Positions 48,198-58,395 of a DNA stretch of 64,000 bases are shown in pieces. The notes beneath the pieces were generated by a model. The model did no database searches and was not told the origin of the DNA. It worked only from the letters and a program-made list of their open reading frames with translations. This DNA comes from Candidatus Latescibacterota bacterium (GTDB taxonomy: Bacteria; Latescibacterota; UBA2968; UBA8231), in assembly GCA_965248355.1 (NCBI GenBank), contig OZ252098.1:3424001-3488000 (forward strand), written 5' to 3'. The position numbers and the translations under genes are program-made. Positions within the stretch are counted from its first letter, which is position 1; the number at the start of each line of letters is the position of its first letter.

Positions 48198-49172
48198 GTG
48201 GAATCCGATACCGTCCTCTACCTGAACCGCCAAGACGTGGAACGGGTCGACCTGGGGATGCCCGCCATCATCGACGCCCTGGAGGCGATGTTCCTCGAGA
48301 AGGGGCAGGGCCGCGTCGAAATGCCGCCCAAGCCCGGCATCCACACCCGCTCCGACGCCTTCATCCACGCCATGCCCGCCTGGATCCCGAGCTTGAAGGC
48401 GGCCGGCGTGAAGTGGATCTCGGGATATCCGGGCAACCAGGCCCGGGGGCTGCCCTACATCAACGGCCTGCTGATCCTCAACGATCCCGAGACCGGCCTG
48501 CCCACGGCGATCATGGACGCCACCTGGATCACGGCGCAGCGCACGGGCGCGGCCACCGCCGTGGCCGCAAGGCACCTCGCCCGTCCGGAGAGCGAGTCGG
48601 CGGGCATCATCGCCTGCGGCGTTCAGGGGCGCAGCAACCTGGAGGCCCTCGCCTGCCTCTTCGACCTGCGCGCCGTGCGGGCCTTCGACATCCACCGGGA
48701 GGTGGCCGAGGACTTCGCCGCGGGCATGTCGGAGAAACTCGGGCTCGATGTGGAAGTCGTGGAGGAACCCCGAGAAGCGGTGACCGGCGCCGACCTGGTG
48801 GTCACCAGCGGACCGATCCGCGAGGAGCCCGAACCGGTGATCGACGCCGGCTGGCTGGCGCCCGGCGCCTTCGCCTCCCCCGTGGACTTCGACGCCTACT
48901 GGACGGGCGCCGCCTTCGCCGAGGCGGACAAGCTGGCCACCGACGACCTCGGGCAGTTCGGCTACTACCGGCAGCAGGGGTACTTCCGAGACACGCCCGA
49001 GCCGCAGTCCGACCTGGGCCAGATCGTGGCCGGCCTGAGACCCGGACGGGAAGGCGAGGACGAGCGCATCATCGCCGTCAACCTCGGGATCGCTCTCGAG
49101 GACATGGCCACGGCGATCCTGGTCTACGAGCGGGCCGTCGAGATGGGCATCGGCGCGCCCCTGCCACTGTAA
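48198..49172 (+). CDS. Ornithine cyclodeaminase/mu-crystallin family protein
   Basis: MPA...GVKWIS..P.N...GLP, ITAQRTGAA, CGVQG, GIALED. Confidence 0.9.
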   Translation: MESDTVLYLNRQDVERVDLGMPAIIDALEAMFLEKGQGRVEMPPKPGIHTRSDAFIHAMPAWIPSLKAAGVKWISGYPGNQARGLPYINGLLILNDPETGLPTAIMDATWITAQRTGAATAVAARHLARPESESAGIIACGVQGRSNLEALACLFDLRAVRAFDIHREVAEDFAAGMSEKLGLDVEVVEEPREAVTGADLVVTSGPIREEPEPVIDAGWLAPGAFASPVDFDAYWTGAAFAEADKLATDDLGQFGYYRQQGYFRDTPEPQSDLGQIVAGLRPGREGEDERIIAVNLGIALEDMATAILVYERAVEMGIGAPLPL

Positions 49173-49201
49173 CGCCGCCACCAACAACAAGAGGAGCCGC
49201 C

Positions 49202-49777
49202 ATGATCGACAACCAGTTCACCCGCGGGCCCGAGGGCTGGTGCTCCTACGACTACCACGCCAGCATGGTCACCGGCACCAACGTCTTCATCCTGGCCACC
49301 TGGAGCCAGGACGGCGGCGTCGAGGACGGCGGCTGCGTGTGGTCGGACCACACGCGCTGGAGCGCCGACACCCCCGAGAAGCCGCTGTCGATCCTGCCGC
49401 TGCTCCACTACCGCGGCTGGGTGGACGACGATCCCGTCGACCTGCGTAACGCCGAGGTCTCGGTGTACCTGCGCGGGGACGACCTGAATCTCGACGGGGC
49501 CCGCTGCTACTTCTGGGCGCACGTGACGCGCACGCGCTGGCACCTGACCAGCGCGCCCCTGCGGATCGGCGACGGCGCCTGGACCTCGGAGCCGAACCGC
49601 TTCCGGCTGACGCCGGACGAGAGCCTGTGGCACAACAGCTGGACGTCCGATCCGGACGGGCCCCGGCGCCTCGAGCCGCTGCTGGCCGAGGCGGAGAGCT
49701 ACGGGATCTCTTTCGTCGGGTTCTCCGGCGAGGTCACCGGGAGGCTGTCGATGTCCCGGTTCTCGATCGCGCGCTGA
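49202..49777 (+). CDS. Hypothetical protein (Trp-rich, possibly a jelly-roll fold)
   Basis: GAGGAG RBS; strong GC3 codon bias. Confidence 0.7.
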   Translation: MIDNQFTRGPEGWCSYDYHASMVTGTNVFILATWSQDGGVEDGGCVWSDHTRWSADTPEKPLSILPLLHYRGWVDDDPVDLRNAEVSVYLRGDDLNLDGARCYFWAHVTRTRWHLTSAPLRIGDGAWTSEPNRFRLTPDESLWHNSWTSDPDGPRRLEPLLAEAESYGISFVGFSGEVTGRLSMSRFSIAR

Positions 49778-49781
49778 GCCC

Positions 49782-51095
49782 TCAGTCGTCGAGGGCCCGG
49801 TCCACGGCCTCGACGAGACCGTCCACGTGCCCGGCCTCCATGGGCAGGGACAGGGCGTTCATCGACATGGAGTGGCTCAACAGGCAGCCCTGAAGGAGCA
49901 CGGAGAGGAAGACGCGGGAGCCGCGCTCCCTGTCGGCGCGCGCCATCTCGCGCCAGGTGCGCAGCGGCGGCTCGACGAAGTGGATGCTGAAGAGGGATCC
50001 GGCGACCACGGGCTCCGCCGCCACGCCGCGGCGCTCGAAGACCTCGCGCAGGCCCGACTGCAGCCGCTGCCCGAGATCGTTGAGATGGGCAAACGCCCCG
50101 GGCGTGAGCTGCCGCAGGGTGGCCAGGCCCGCCGCCGCGGTCACCGGGTGGCCGCTGAAGGTGCCGCTCTGGGAGAACCCGGTGGGCTCACCGGTGTTGT
50201 CGAAGCGTTCCATCAGGTCGGCGCGCCCCCCGAAAGCCCCCACGGGGAACCCGCCCCCTACGAGCTTGCCGAAGGTTGTCACGTCGGGATCGATGCCGTA
50301 GTGGGCCTGCAGGCCTCCAATGCCCATGCGGAAGCCGACGATCTCGTCGAACATGAGCAGCATGTCCAGGTCGCGGGTGATCTCGCGCACGAAACGCACG
50401 AAGGCCGGCCGCTGGGGCAGGATGCCCGCCTTCGGGTCCAGCAGCACGCAGCCGACCTCGTGGCGGTGGGTCTTGAGCAGGGCCTCGACGGCGGCTTCGT
50501 CGTCGTAGGGCAGGATCAGGGCCTCGGCCACGGCCCCCGGCGAGATCCCGCCCGTGCCGGGCACGGCCACCGGCGCCGAGGCCGGTCCCGCCTTCTCCAG
50601 CGGCGGCGCGACGCTGATCTCCACGGCGTCGTGGCTGCCGTGGTAGCCGCCCTCGAACTTGGCCACCCGCGGGCGTCCGCTGACCCCGCGCAGCAGGCGC
50701 ACGGCGTGCAGGGTGGCCTCGGTGCCGGAGTTCGTGAAGCGGATGCGCTCCACCGAGGCGACGCGGCGGCACATCTCGGCGGCCAGCTCGGTCTCCGCGC
50801 CGGCCGGCGCCCCGAGGACGGCACCGCGCTCCAGCTGCTCCTCCACCGCGGCGCGCACGGCGGCGTTGCCGTGGCCGAGGATCTGGGCCGTGTGATGGTT
50901 CTGGAAGTCGACGTAGCGATTGCCGTCCACGTCGACGACGGTGCAGCCCTCGCCCCGGGCCATGGAGAGCGGCCAGGGCGAGTGGAAGTAGGCCCCCTTG
51001 ACGGCCCCCGCCGTCGAGGCGCGGGCGGCCTCGAAGCGCAGGCGCGAAGTGGGGGTGGCGGCGCGGTAGCGCTGCTCCAGGTCGTCGGAGTTCAT
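49782..51095 (-). CDS. Class III PLP aminotransferase (glutamate-1-semialdehyde aminomutase-like)
   Basis: DVDGNRYVD, NSGTEA, GGYHG, FDEIVGFR, TFGK..GGGFP, SGTFSG. Confidence 0.9.
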   Translation of the reverse strand: MNSDDLEQRYRAATPTSRLRFEAARASTAGAVKGAYFHSPWPLSMARGEGCTVVDVDGNRYVDFQNHHTAQILGHGNAAVRAAVEEQLERGAVLGAPAGAETELAAEMCRRVASVERIRFTNSGTEATLHAVRLLRGVSGRPRVAKFEGGYHGSHDAVEISVAPPLEKAGPASAPVAVPGTGGISPGAVAEALILPYDDEAAVEALLKTHRHEVGCVLLDPKAGILPQRPAFVRFVREITRDLDMLLMFDEIVGFRMGIGGLQAHYGIDPDVTTFGKLVGGGFPVGAFGGRADLMERFDNTGEPTGFSQSGTFSGHPVTAAAGLATLRQLTPGAFAHLNDLGQRLQSGLREVFERRGVAAEPVVAGSLFSIHFVEPPLRTWREMARADRERGSRVFLSVLLQGCLLSHSMSMNALSLPMEAGHVDGLVEAVDRALDD

Positions 51096-52084
51096 GGAAA
51101 GCTCACGATCCGGCCGCTGTCGGCCGACTCTCGCGCCAGCAGGCAGGCCCGGGTCATCTCGATGGCATCCTCGGGTCCGAGAAGGGCCTGGGACCGGCCC
51201 GCCGCGGCGTCGACGAAGTCGGGGAAGATCTGCCGGTCGCAGGAGGTCTCGAGGCGCTGCTCGCCATCCCCCCCGGCGCCGATGAGGACCACTTCGCCGC
51301 CGAGCACGTCGAGGACGCCCTCGCTGCCGACGATGTGCAGACGGTCGTCGCCGTGGCTCGGAGCCGCGTCAGGCCGCAGGTAGTCGATGCTGACCGACGC
51401 GTAGACATCGTCCTCGAGAGTGAAGTGGCACAGCGCCGAGACCTCGAGCTCGCCGTGGCCGCGGTTGTGGGCGGCGGAGTGGGTGGCGTACACGCTTCGG
51501 AAGGACTTCCCCGAGGTGTACCAGCGGATCCAGTCGACGGCGTGGCTGCCGACCCAGGGGATGGTGCCGCCGTAGGTGGCCCGCTCCTGGTAGAAGGGCG
51601 CCCGCCGGCCCAGGCGGTAGGACTTCCGGGCGTTGAGAAGACGGACCTCGCCCACGGCGCCCTCGCGGACCCTCCTCCAGGCGGTGTGGAAGGCGGGGTC
51701 GTAGCGCAGCCCCATCATGGCGGCGAAGTGCACGCCCGCGGACTCCCGTGCCTCGGCGACCTCCTCGAGTTCGTCCAGAGTGAGGGCCACCGGTTTCTCG
51801 CAGAAGACGTGGATACCGCGCCGGAAGGCCTCCACGCAGATCTCGGCGTGGCGGTGGAAGGGGCCGGCGATGGAGACGAGTTCGGGCCGCACGGCGTCGA
51901 GCATCTCCGCCGGCTGGTCCCAGACCCGCGGCTCGTGCCCCAGGTCCCGGCACTTCGACAGCAGGCCCCCCGGGTCGTCCCCCTCGGCGGCCGTGCACAG
52001 GCCGGCGACGCTCACGTCCGTCAGCGGCAGTCCGGACAGGACGTAGCTGTTGTGCCCCCGGACCCCGACCATGCACAGCTTCAT
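51092..52084 (-). CDS. Gfo/Idh/MocA family oxidoreductase
   Basis: HVFCEKP, GGTIPWVGSHAVD. Confidence 0.9.
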   Translation of the reverse strand: MKLCMVGVRGHNSYVLSGLPLTDVSVAGLCTAAEGDDPGGLLSKCRDLGHEPRVWDQPAEMLDAVRPELVSIAGPFHRHAEICVEAFRRGIHVFCEKPVALTLDELEEVAEARESAGVHFAAMMGLRYDPAFHTAWRRVREGAVGEVRLLNARKSYRLGRRAPFYQERATYGGTIPWVGSHAVDWIRWYTSGKSFRSVYATHSAAHNRGHGELEVSALCHFTLEDDVYASVSIDYLRPDAAPSHGDDRLHIVGSEGVLDVLGGEVVLIGAGGDGEQRLETSCDRQIFPDFVDAAAGRSQALLGPEDAIEMTRACLLARESADSGRIVSFP

Positions 52085-52088
52085 GCGG

Positions 52089-52499
52089 TCACCGGAGGCC
52101 GACCCCCGGCCACTGGTCGTCGCTGGAGGTGACGTCGACGGTGATGCCGTCCGGGTCCTCCACCTTGAAGGCCGTATCCTCGATGTTGTGCACGTCCACG
52201 GGGACCTTGCCGGAGAGGCCGTCGGAGAAGATCTCGTAGCCCATGTCCAGCAGGCGTTGGGCCGCCGCCTCGAGATCGGGCACGCGGACGCCGATGTGCA
52301 GGTAGTCGAGCATGCCGCTCACGTGCCCGGGGCGCTCGGGGCCCTCGTGCTGGAAGACGCGGAAGTTGTGATGGCCGTCGCTCAGGTCGAAGGAGGTCCC
52401 GCGGTCGGCGACCACGGGCAGGCCGAGGCCGTCACGCCAGAACCGGATGGTGGCCCCGATGTCGGAGGCGCGGACGCCGACGTGGACGAGCGTGGTCAC
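52089..52499 (-). CDS. VOC/glyoxalase family protein
   Basis: HVGVR...FW..GLGL, HIGVRV.DL, DPDGITV. Confidence 0.85.
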   Translation of the reverse strand: MTTLVHVGVRASDIGATIRFWRDGLGLPVVADRGTSFDLSDGHHNFRVFQHEGPERPGHVSGMLDYLHIGVRVPDLEAAAQRLLDMGYEIFSDGLSGKVPVDVHNIEDTAFKVEDPDGITVDVTSSDDQWPGVGLR

Positions 52500-52539
52500 G
52501 GTCGATCTCCTGGTTGTGGGGTGGGTGGCGGTCCGGTAA

Positions 52540-54084
52540 TCAAGCCCAGATCGAGGCCATCGGCCAGGCGTCGAGGGATCGCAGGCGGCTGTTTGCCCCC
52601 TGGGACCGGAAGGAGACCCCGAGGCTGTCGCCGCGCTCCGGGTAGACCCGGGCGGCCACGCACTGGCGGCCGTTGACGAAGACCTCGACGACGCTCCGGT
52701 CGACGAAGACGCGCAGCTCCAGGGGCTCCTCCGGGGCCAGCCACACCGGGGCCGTCTCCGGGGCGCGGCAGGTCACGTCCGCGGCCACCGAGGAGTACGA
52801 CGTCTCCAGGGTGACCAGGCTCCGCCGGCCGCCGGCGCCGAAGCGGTCATGGAAGCCGCGCTCGCGGAAGAAGGCGATGCGGGTGTGCTCCTCCCGGTCC
52901 GGCGAGCGCAGCACGTTCATCTCCACCATGGGCGCGGTCACCGGATCGAGGCAGGCCCGCAGCTCGATGGCGTTGCCCCGCACCGAGTCGATGAGGACCT
53001 CCTCGTTGGCGGGCAGGTCCACGTCCTCCACGCGCACCCCGTCGCAGCGCAGCGACTCGACCGCGGCCACCGGCTCCATGGACAACTCGTCGCCGTCCAC
53101 GGTCAGCCGCCGGGGCAGGGTCATGATCTGGTTCCACCCCTTCGTCGGCTTGCCCGGGTTCATGTTGAAGATCACGATCAGCCCGCCCTCCCCGTCCGGC
53201 GTGGCCGACGGCGCGTGGACCCCGCAGGGGACGGAGGCGCCGAAGTTGAACTTGCCGCCGTGGGTGACGACGAACTTGTCGCGCCCGGTGTCGTAGTCGC
53301 CGAGGAGGTACTGGCCGCCGCTCATGTGGCTGAAGAACAGGAGCACATGGCGGTCGCCGATGGGCCAGAAGTAGGGACAGGCGCCGTCGTCGCCGACCAG
53401 GGTGTAGTGGTCGTCCTCGACGAAGGGATGGAGGTACTCCCAGTGCTCCAGATCGGGCGAGCGCAGCAGGAAGTTGGCGCGCACCGGCTTGCCGGCGGGG
53501 CCCGCCGGCCGCGTCCCGGCCGACAGCGAGTAGTAGTGATCGCCCTTCTTCCAGATGCAGGGGTCGAAGACCCGGTAGGGCAGGGCCGAGCCGTCGGGCG
53601 CCGTCATGGGGACCACGGCGCGGCCCCCGACCTTCTCCCAGTTCAGCAGCAGCGGATCGCTCGACACGGCGACCATGTTGCCCGCCTCGGTGCCGTGGTA
53701 CATGGCGATGACCCGGTCCTCCTCGACCCAGGTGGCGCCCGAGAAGCACTTGTCCTCCGGTCCGGGGTAGATGCAGTAGGGCAGGTCGCGCCAGTGGACG
53801 AGGTCGTCGGAGACCGCGTGGCCCCAGTGCTGGCGCGTGTCCTCCGGCGGATAGGCCTGGTAGAACAGGTGCCAGCGCCCCTGCCAGCGGCACAGGCCGT
53901 TGGGGTCGTTCAGCATCGCCTCGGGGTTGACGTAGTGGTAGAGGGGCCGGTGGCGGTCGCCCTCGTAGGAACGGCGGGCCTCGTGCAGCCGCTGCAGGAG
54001 CGGGTTGGCCGCCAGGGCCGCCTCCTGCCCGGACAGGGTGTCGGGGAAGGTGTACTTCGGTACGAGCGACGTGGTGCCGGTCAT
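52540..54084 (-). CDS. GH32-like glycoside hydrolase with non-canonical catalytic motifs
   Basis: NDPNG, HLFYQ, WGHAVSDDLVHW, FSG; FDP in place of RDP; ACP in place of ECP; C-terminal VDRSVVEVF. Confidence 0.88.
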   Translation of the reverse strand: MTGTTSLVPKYTFPDTLSGQEAALAANPLLQRLHEARRSYEGDRHRPLYHYVNPEAMLNDPNGLCRWQGRWHLFYQAYPPEDTRQHWGHAVSDDLVHWRDLPYCIYPGPEDKCFSGATWVEEDRVIAMYHGTEAGNMVAVSSDPLLLNWEKVGGRAVVPMTAPDGSALPYRVFDPCIWKKGDHYYSLSAGTRPAGPAGKPVRANFLLRSPDLEHWEYLHPFVEDDHYTLVGDDGACPYFWPIGDRHVLLFFSHMSGGQYLLGDYDTGRDKFVVTHGGKFNFGASVPCGVHAPSATPDGEGGLIVIFNMNPGKPTKGWNQIMTLPRRLTVDGDELSMEPVAAVESLRCDGVRVEDVDLPANEEVLIDSVRGNAIELRACLDPVTAPMVEMNVLRSPDREEHTRIAFFRERGFHDRFGAGGRRSLVTLETSYSSVAADVTCRAPETAPVWLAPEEPLELRVFVDRSVVEVFVNGRQCVAARVYPERGDSLGVSFRSQGANSRLRSLDAWPMASIWA

Positions 54085-54247
54085 CGGTCCTCGCGGGCGG
54101 GAGCGGGAGATAGGGGTCTGCCGGGGGGCGAAAGATCGGCACCGGCGCGCAGGTACTCCAGTCAAGGGTCGATCGAGCGGGCCGATCGAACGCCGTGGAA
54201 GCAGCCGCAACGTACATTTGCGGGCCGCCCATCCTGAGGAGAGGACG

Positions 54248-55102
54248 ATGATCGACTTCGAGCGCTCCCACTTCACCTGGAAGCACCGCCCGTGGACCCA
54301 CGACCCCCACTACCGCTACGCCGGCGGCTTCGTGGGCGAGGAGGGCCAGTCCTACCACGTGCGCTTCCGCCTGGAGGCCGGCTGCGAGATCCTCGACCCG
54401 GCCGCGGGGAAGGTCACCCGCCTCTACGCCGGCGCCCCGTGCCGCACCGAGTACACCATCGCCCGCCGCAACCTCTTCCAGGTGCCGAGCTCCGAGTGGC
54501 GCCTCGTCTTCAGCGACGAGGACCGCGTCGGCATCGCCCGGCGCCCCAGCTGGGAGCCGGAGCCGGGGGAGCGCAGCCCCCTGTCGGAGTCCTTCGCCGA
54601 GACCCGTCTGGACCTGCGGGAGCACGACCCGCACAGGGTGCTGGGCGAGGGCGGCGAGATCGTGAAGGCGACGCTGGCCGGCGACCTGATGAACGCGCGC
54701 TCCTCCTACGAGGACGAGGAGCGCGGCCTCACCGTCACCGTGGAGTACCCCGTGAACCTGATCAACATCCACGAGGAGGGCGGCGAGTTCCAGGTCTGTA
54801 CCGGCCCCGTGCTGCTGCCGGACCTGGCCACCTGGGACGGGACCGGCGTGTCGCGCGTGTTCCTCGCCGACGTGGCGATCACCGCCTTCGACCGGGTCGA
54901 GTTCATCCTGCGCCGGGAGGTGGAGGCGGCGGAGTCCGAGCGCGAGTGGCTCGACCGGCCCCGGGGCCGCGACCGCCAGGAGCTGTGGGATCCAGCGGTA
55001 CGGCCCGAGGGATATCCGGAGCCCCGCCCGAAGCCCACGGTCTACAACGAGATCTGGGAGCTGGAGGCGGCCAACGTGGTGCTCGCCGCGGCCAACGCCT
55101 AG
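54248..55102 (+). CDS. Conserved hypothetical protein
   Basis: GAGGAGAGG RBS; MIDFERS..., CRTEY, CTGPVL; strong GC3 bias. Confidence 0.75.
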   Translation: MIDFERSHFTWKHRPWTHDPHYRYAGGFVGEEGQSYHVRFRLEAGCEILDPAAGKVTRLYAGAPCRTEYTIARRNLFQVPSSEWRLVFSDEDRVGIARRPSWEPEPGERSPLSESFAETRLDLREHDPHRVLGEGGEIVKATLAGDLMNARSSYEDEERGLTVTVEYPVNLINIHEEGGEFQVCTGPVLLPDLATWDGTGVSRVFLADVAITAFDRVEFILRREVEAAESEREWLDRPRGRDRQELWDPAVRPEGYPEPRPKPTVYNEIWELEAANVVLAAANA

Positions 55103-55108
55103 ATGGGC

Positions 55109-56116
55109 TTACTCCGGCTTGCGGGCGCCGATCAGATGGTAGTACCCGTGGCTGGCCGTGGACTCGAAGCCGACGAACCCCGCCGTGGCCAGCATCTCCT
55201 CGAGCTCGGCCAGGGTGTACTGCTTCCCCTTCTCGTGAAGCAGCATGGCCACCGAGAAGCAGGCCACGGTGAGCGGTCCGTCGCGGCCGTCGGCCAGGGG
55301 CATCTCGTGCAGGAGGATGCGGCCCCCCGGCTCCAGGGCCTCGAAGGCCCGGCGCGCCAGGCGCGCGCACGAGGCCGGATCCCAGTCGTGGAAGATGTTG
55401 CCGAAGAGGGCGGCGTCGTGGCCGGTGGGCAAGGGGTCCCGGAACATGTCGGCCGGGCAGGTGATCACGCGGTCGGCCAGGCCGTAGCCGGCGATGTTCT
55501 CCGCGGCGATGGCGCAGACCTCCGGCAGATCGAGGAGGGTGCAGCGCACCCCGGCATGGACCGCGGCGACCGCCGCCGACAGCGACCCCGAGCCGGCGCC
55601 CACGTCCAGAAGCCGGCGCACGCCGGCGAAGACCGGCTGCCGGGCCAGGCTGGCGGCGGCGGGCAGGGTCAGGGCGTGCATGCGGCCGATGAACTCGCGC
55701 ACCTCCGCGGGCGGGAGGGCCGCCATGGCCACGGCGAAGGGCGCCGGAGGTTCCCCGGAGCGGAAGGCGGCGCGAAGCTTCCGCAGGGTCGGGTCGTCCT
55801 CCGGACAGAGGCGGCGGCGGAAGGGGCTGGCCGGCAGCAGGTAGGTGCCCCCGAAGTCGGTCAGGGCGAAGCGGCCCCCGCCGTCATGACGGGCGAACCC
55901 GAGGGCGGCGGCGACGGCGACCATGGCCTCGGCGGCCCGGGGCGTCACCTCCAGGAAGCCGGCCACCTCCGGGATGGTGCGCGGCCCCTCCAGGAGCAGC
56001 TCGCACAGACCGGCCTCCTGGGCCAGGGCCGCCATGGGCGCGGCGAAGCGCTGGTACTGCAGGTCGTAGAGGGCGCGGTCGCCCACGGGCGGCGGAACTG
56101 GAAAGGTCCGGATCAT
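55109..56116 (-). CDS. SAM-dependent O-methyltransferase with dimerisation domain
   Basis: LLDVGAGSG, DLPEV, ADMF, NIFHDW, LEPGG. Confidence 0.88.
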   Translation of the reverse strand: MIRTFPVPPPVGDRALYDLQYQRFAAPMAALAQEAGLCELLLEGPRTIPEVAGFLEVTPRAAEAMVAVAAALGFARHDGGGRFALTDFGGTYLLPASPFRRRLCPEDDPTLRKLRAAFRSGEPPAPFAVAMAALPPAEVREFIGRMHALTLPAAASLARQPVFAGVRRLLDVGAGSGSLSAAVAAVHAGVRCTLLDLPEVCAIAAENIAGYGLADRVITCPADMFRDPLPTGHDAALFGNIFHDWDPASCARLARRAFEALEPGGRILLHEMPLADGRDGPLTVACFSVAMLLHEKGKQYTLAELEEMLATAGFVGFESTASHGYYHLIGARKPE

Positions 56117-56256
56117 GAGCCAAACCTGGCTCCGCGAGGCGTGAGCAGCCAAGTCGGCGGTCCGGGGACCGATCCCGGCGCCGACCGCTGGGGATCCACG
56201 TCCGGGCGCCCGGCGCTGGCCGTCTCCCAGTCCCCGCCCCGAATCGGCCGCCTCCG

Positions 56257-57378
56257 GTGAAGATCCTCCACACCTCCTACGACGACCCCCGCAACCCGTG
56301 GCTCGGGGGCGGGGGCGCCACCCGCACCTTCGAGATCTGCCGGCGCCTCGCCGGCCGCCACGAGATCACCGTGGTCTGCGGTTCCTATCCCGGAGCCGCG
56401 CCCGAGGAGGAGCGCGACGGCCTGCGGGTCCTTCATCTCGGCAGTCCCCGGTCGTACGCCCTCAGCCGGCTCACCTGGTCGGCCCGCGCCAGCCGCTTCG
56501 TGGCGCGCTCCGATGCCGACCTGTGGGTCTACTCCTTCTCGGCCTTCGCCCCCCTGTGGGCCCCTGCCGAGCGCCGCCGCGCGGGCGTCCTCGAGTTCTT
56601 CCACCTCATGCAGGAGCACGCCACCCGCAAGCGCCCCGTCCTCGGGCTGCCGGCCGCCTCCATCGAGCGCGCCACCCTGCGCTCCTTCGATCACGTCATC
56701 GCCATCTCGCCGAGCGTCGCCGAGGGCCTGTCCTCCATCCGCGGCGGCCGGGGCCTCCACCTGGTCTACACCGGCGTCGACGACAGCTGCTTCGTGGAGG
56801 ATTCGACCGAAGGGGACTACATCCTCTACTTCGGCCGGCTCGACACCTACACGAAGGGGCTGGACCTGCTGTTGGAGGCCTTCGGGCGCGTTGGCCGCCA
56901 GCAGAGCCGGGCTCGCCTCGTGGTCGCCGGCCGCGGTACCCCGGAGCGAATCGCCGAGCTGAAGGCCCTGGCGCGGCGCACCGGGGTCGAGGAGCGCATC
57001 GAGTTCACGGGGCCGGTGCTGGCGGAGCGGAAGACGGATCTGTTCCGGCGGTCCCTGTTCAACATGGCGCCCTCCCGCTACGAAGGCTGGTGCATCGCCG
57101 CCGTGGAGGCCTCGGCCGCGGGCAAGGCGGTGGTGGGCACGCGCATCCCGGGCCTGATGGACGCCGTGCGCGAAGGCGAGACCGGACTGCTGGCCGGCCC
57201 CGAGGACGTGGAGGGGATCGCCCAGGCCATGCTGCGACTTCTGCGGGAGCCGGGGCTGCGCGCCGAACTGGGCGCCGCCGGCCGCCGCTGGGCGCAGAGC
57301 TTCCGCTGGGACCACATCGCCGCCGAGCAGGAGAAGGTCTACGAGGAGGTGGCCGCCGCCCGCGGCGCCGGAGCATAG
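56257..57378 (+). CDS. GT4 family glycosyltransferase
   Basis: GGGA, FGRL...KG, PSRYEGWCIAAVEA (EX7E), GETGLL. Confidence 0.9.
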   Translation: MKILHTSYDDPRNPWLGGGGATRTFEICRRLAGRHEITVVCGSYPGAAPEEERDGLRVLHLGSPRSYALSRLTWSARASRFVARSDADLWVYSFSAFAPLWAPAERRRAGVLEFFHLMQEHATRKRPVLGLPAASIERATLRSFDHVIAISPSVAEGLSSIRGGRGLHLVYTGVDDSCFVEDSTEGDYILYFGRLDTYTKGLDLLLEAFGRVGRQQSRARLVVAGRGTPERIAELKALARRTGVEERIEFTGPVLAERKTDLFRRSLFNMAPSRYEGWCIAAVEASAAGKAVVGTRIPGLMDAVREGETGLLAGPEDVEGIAQAMLRLLREPGLRAELGAAGRRWAQSFRWDHIAAEQEKVYEEVAAARGAGA

Positions 57379-57472
57379 GGCCGGCGGGAGGCTACTCTGG
57401 CCACTGGAGGGTCAGGAGCACCAGGCCCGCGAGGCACTCGGCGGCCGCAGGCGCCCTGGCCGCTGGGCGCGG

Positions 57473-58267
57473 TCAGGAGGTTTCCAGGCCCTCGAACAGG
57501 CCGCTCACCGGCATGGGCGGAAAGCTCCCCCGCAGGCCGCCCAGGGAGTAGTGCTCCACGGCCATCATGTGCGGCCGCTTCCCGACCTGGGCCCGCACCC
57601 TCTCCTCGGTCCCGAACTGCGAGGCGTGGGCGCAGATCGCCGCCAGCTTGCGCTCACGGTGGCGGCTGATGTCGATGGTGGCCGCCACCGAATCGCCCGA
57701 GACCCCGTGGAGATCGGCGTCCACGTCAGCCATGGGCGCGCCGGGTTCCTCCAGCGGATAGGCCGGGTAGTAGAGGCGCCGCGGCGCCGGCTGCACGACG
57801 CTGCCGGCCGACCAGAAGGCGGCGGCGGCGCCGCGGTGGATGGTGACGTGGTCGATGTGGGGATAGAGGCCGTGGGGGTCGAAGGTGAGCATCACCTCCG
57901 GCTTCAGATCGGCGATGATGGGCAGGATCTGCCGCTCGAGAGCGGTCACGTCCTGGTTCATCAGCGCCCGCGGATTCCGCCGCCCCACCTCGATGGGGAA
58001 ACCCGAGTCGCAGTGGTCCAGCCAGATGGGCGGGTGGATCCCCATGGCGGCGCAGGCCCGCTCCAGCTCCCCGGCCCGCAGCCGCCCCCGGGCCGCCCCC
58101 TTGGGGTAGCGGTCCGCGTCGATCCCGAGGTGGACGATCTCCCCCTCTTCCCCGCGGGTGGCGCAGACCAGATGGACGTCGTGCCCTTCGGCCCCGGCTC
58201 CGGCCAGGGTCCCCCCGCAGATGAAGGACTCGTCGTCGGGATGGGCGAAAATCGCAAGCAGGTTCAT
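57473..58267 (-). CDS. PIG-L/LmbE family deacetylase
   Basis: AHPDDE, TRGEEG, GLYPHIDH, K..AI.AHASQ. Confidence 0.9.
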   Translation of the reverse strand: MNLLAIFAHPDDESFICGGTLAGAGAEGHDVHLVCATRGEEGEIVHLGIDADRYPKGAARGRLRAGELERACAAMGIHPPIWLDHCDSGFPIEVGRRNPRALMNQDVTALERQILPIIADLKPEVMLTFDPHGLYPHIDHVTIHRGAAAAFWSAGSVVQPAPRRLYYPAYPLEEPGAPMADVDADLHGVSGDSVAATIDISRHRERKLAAICAHASQFGTEERVRAQVGKRPHMMAVEHYSLGGLRGSFPPMPVSGLFEGLETS

Positions 58268-58395
58268 CGATTGACCGATTGTATAGCGGTTCCGATCCGG
58301 GAGTACTATATATTGTGCTGCGTCCGCGCGGGGGACGCGCCGGACGCCAAGCTACGCAAGCAACCTTCGCACCGCTTCACAAGGGAGGCCCTCAG

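Noticed and set aside
55109..58267. Methyltransferase + GT4 + PIG-L deacetylase as a bacillithiol/mycothiol-like thiol pathway
   Set aside because: Genes are not co-oriented, the GT4 lacks the BshA/MshA N-terminal signature, and no cysteine ligase is nearby
58268..58395. Cobalamin riboswitch or Fur/NikR/ModE box upstream of the TonB receptor
   Set aside because: The region is too short and has no B12 box; the dyads (TATAG-N19-CTATA, ACCG-N9-CGGT) do not fit known spacings
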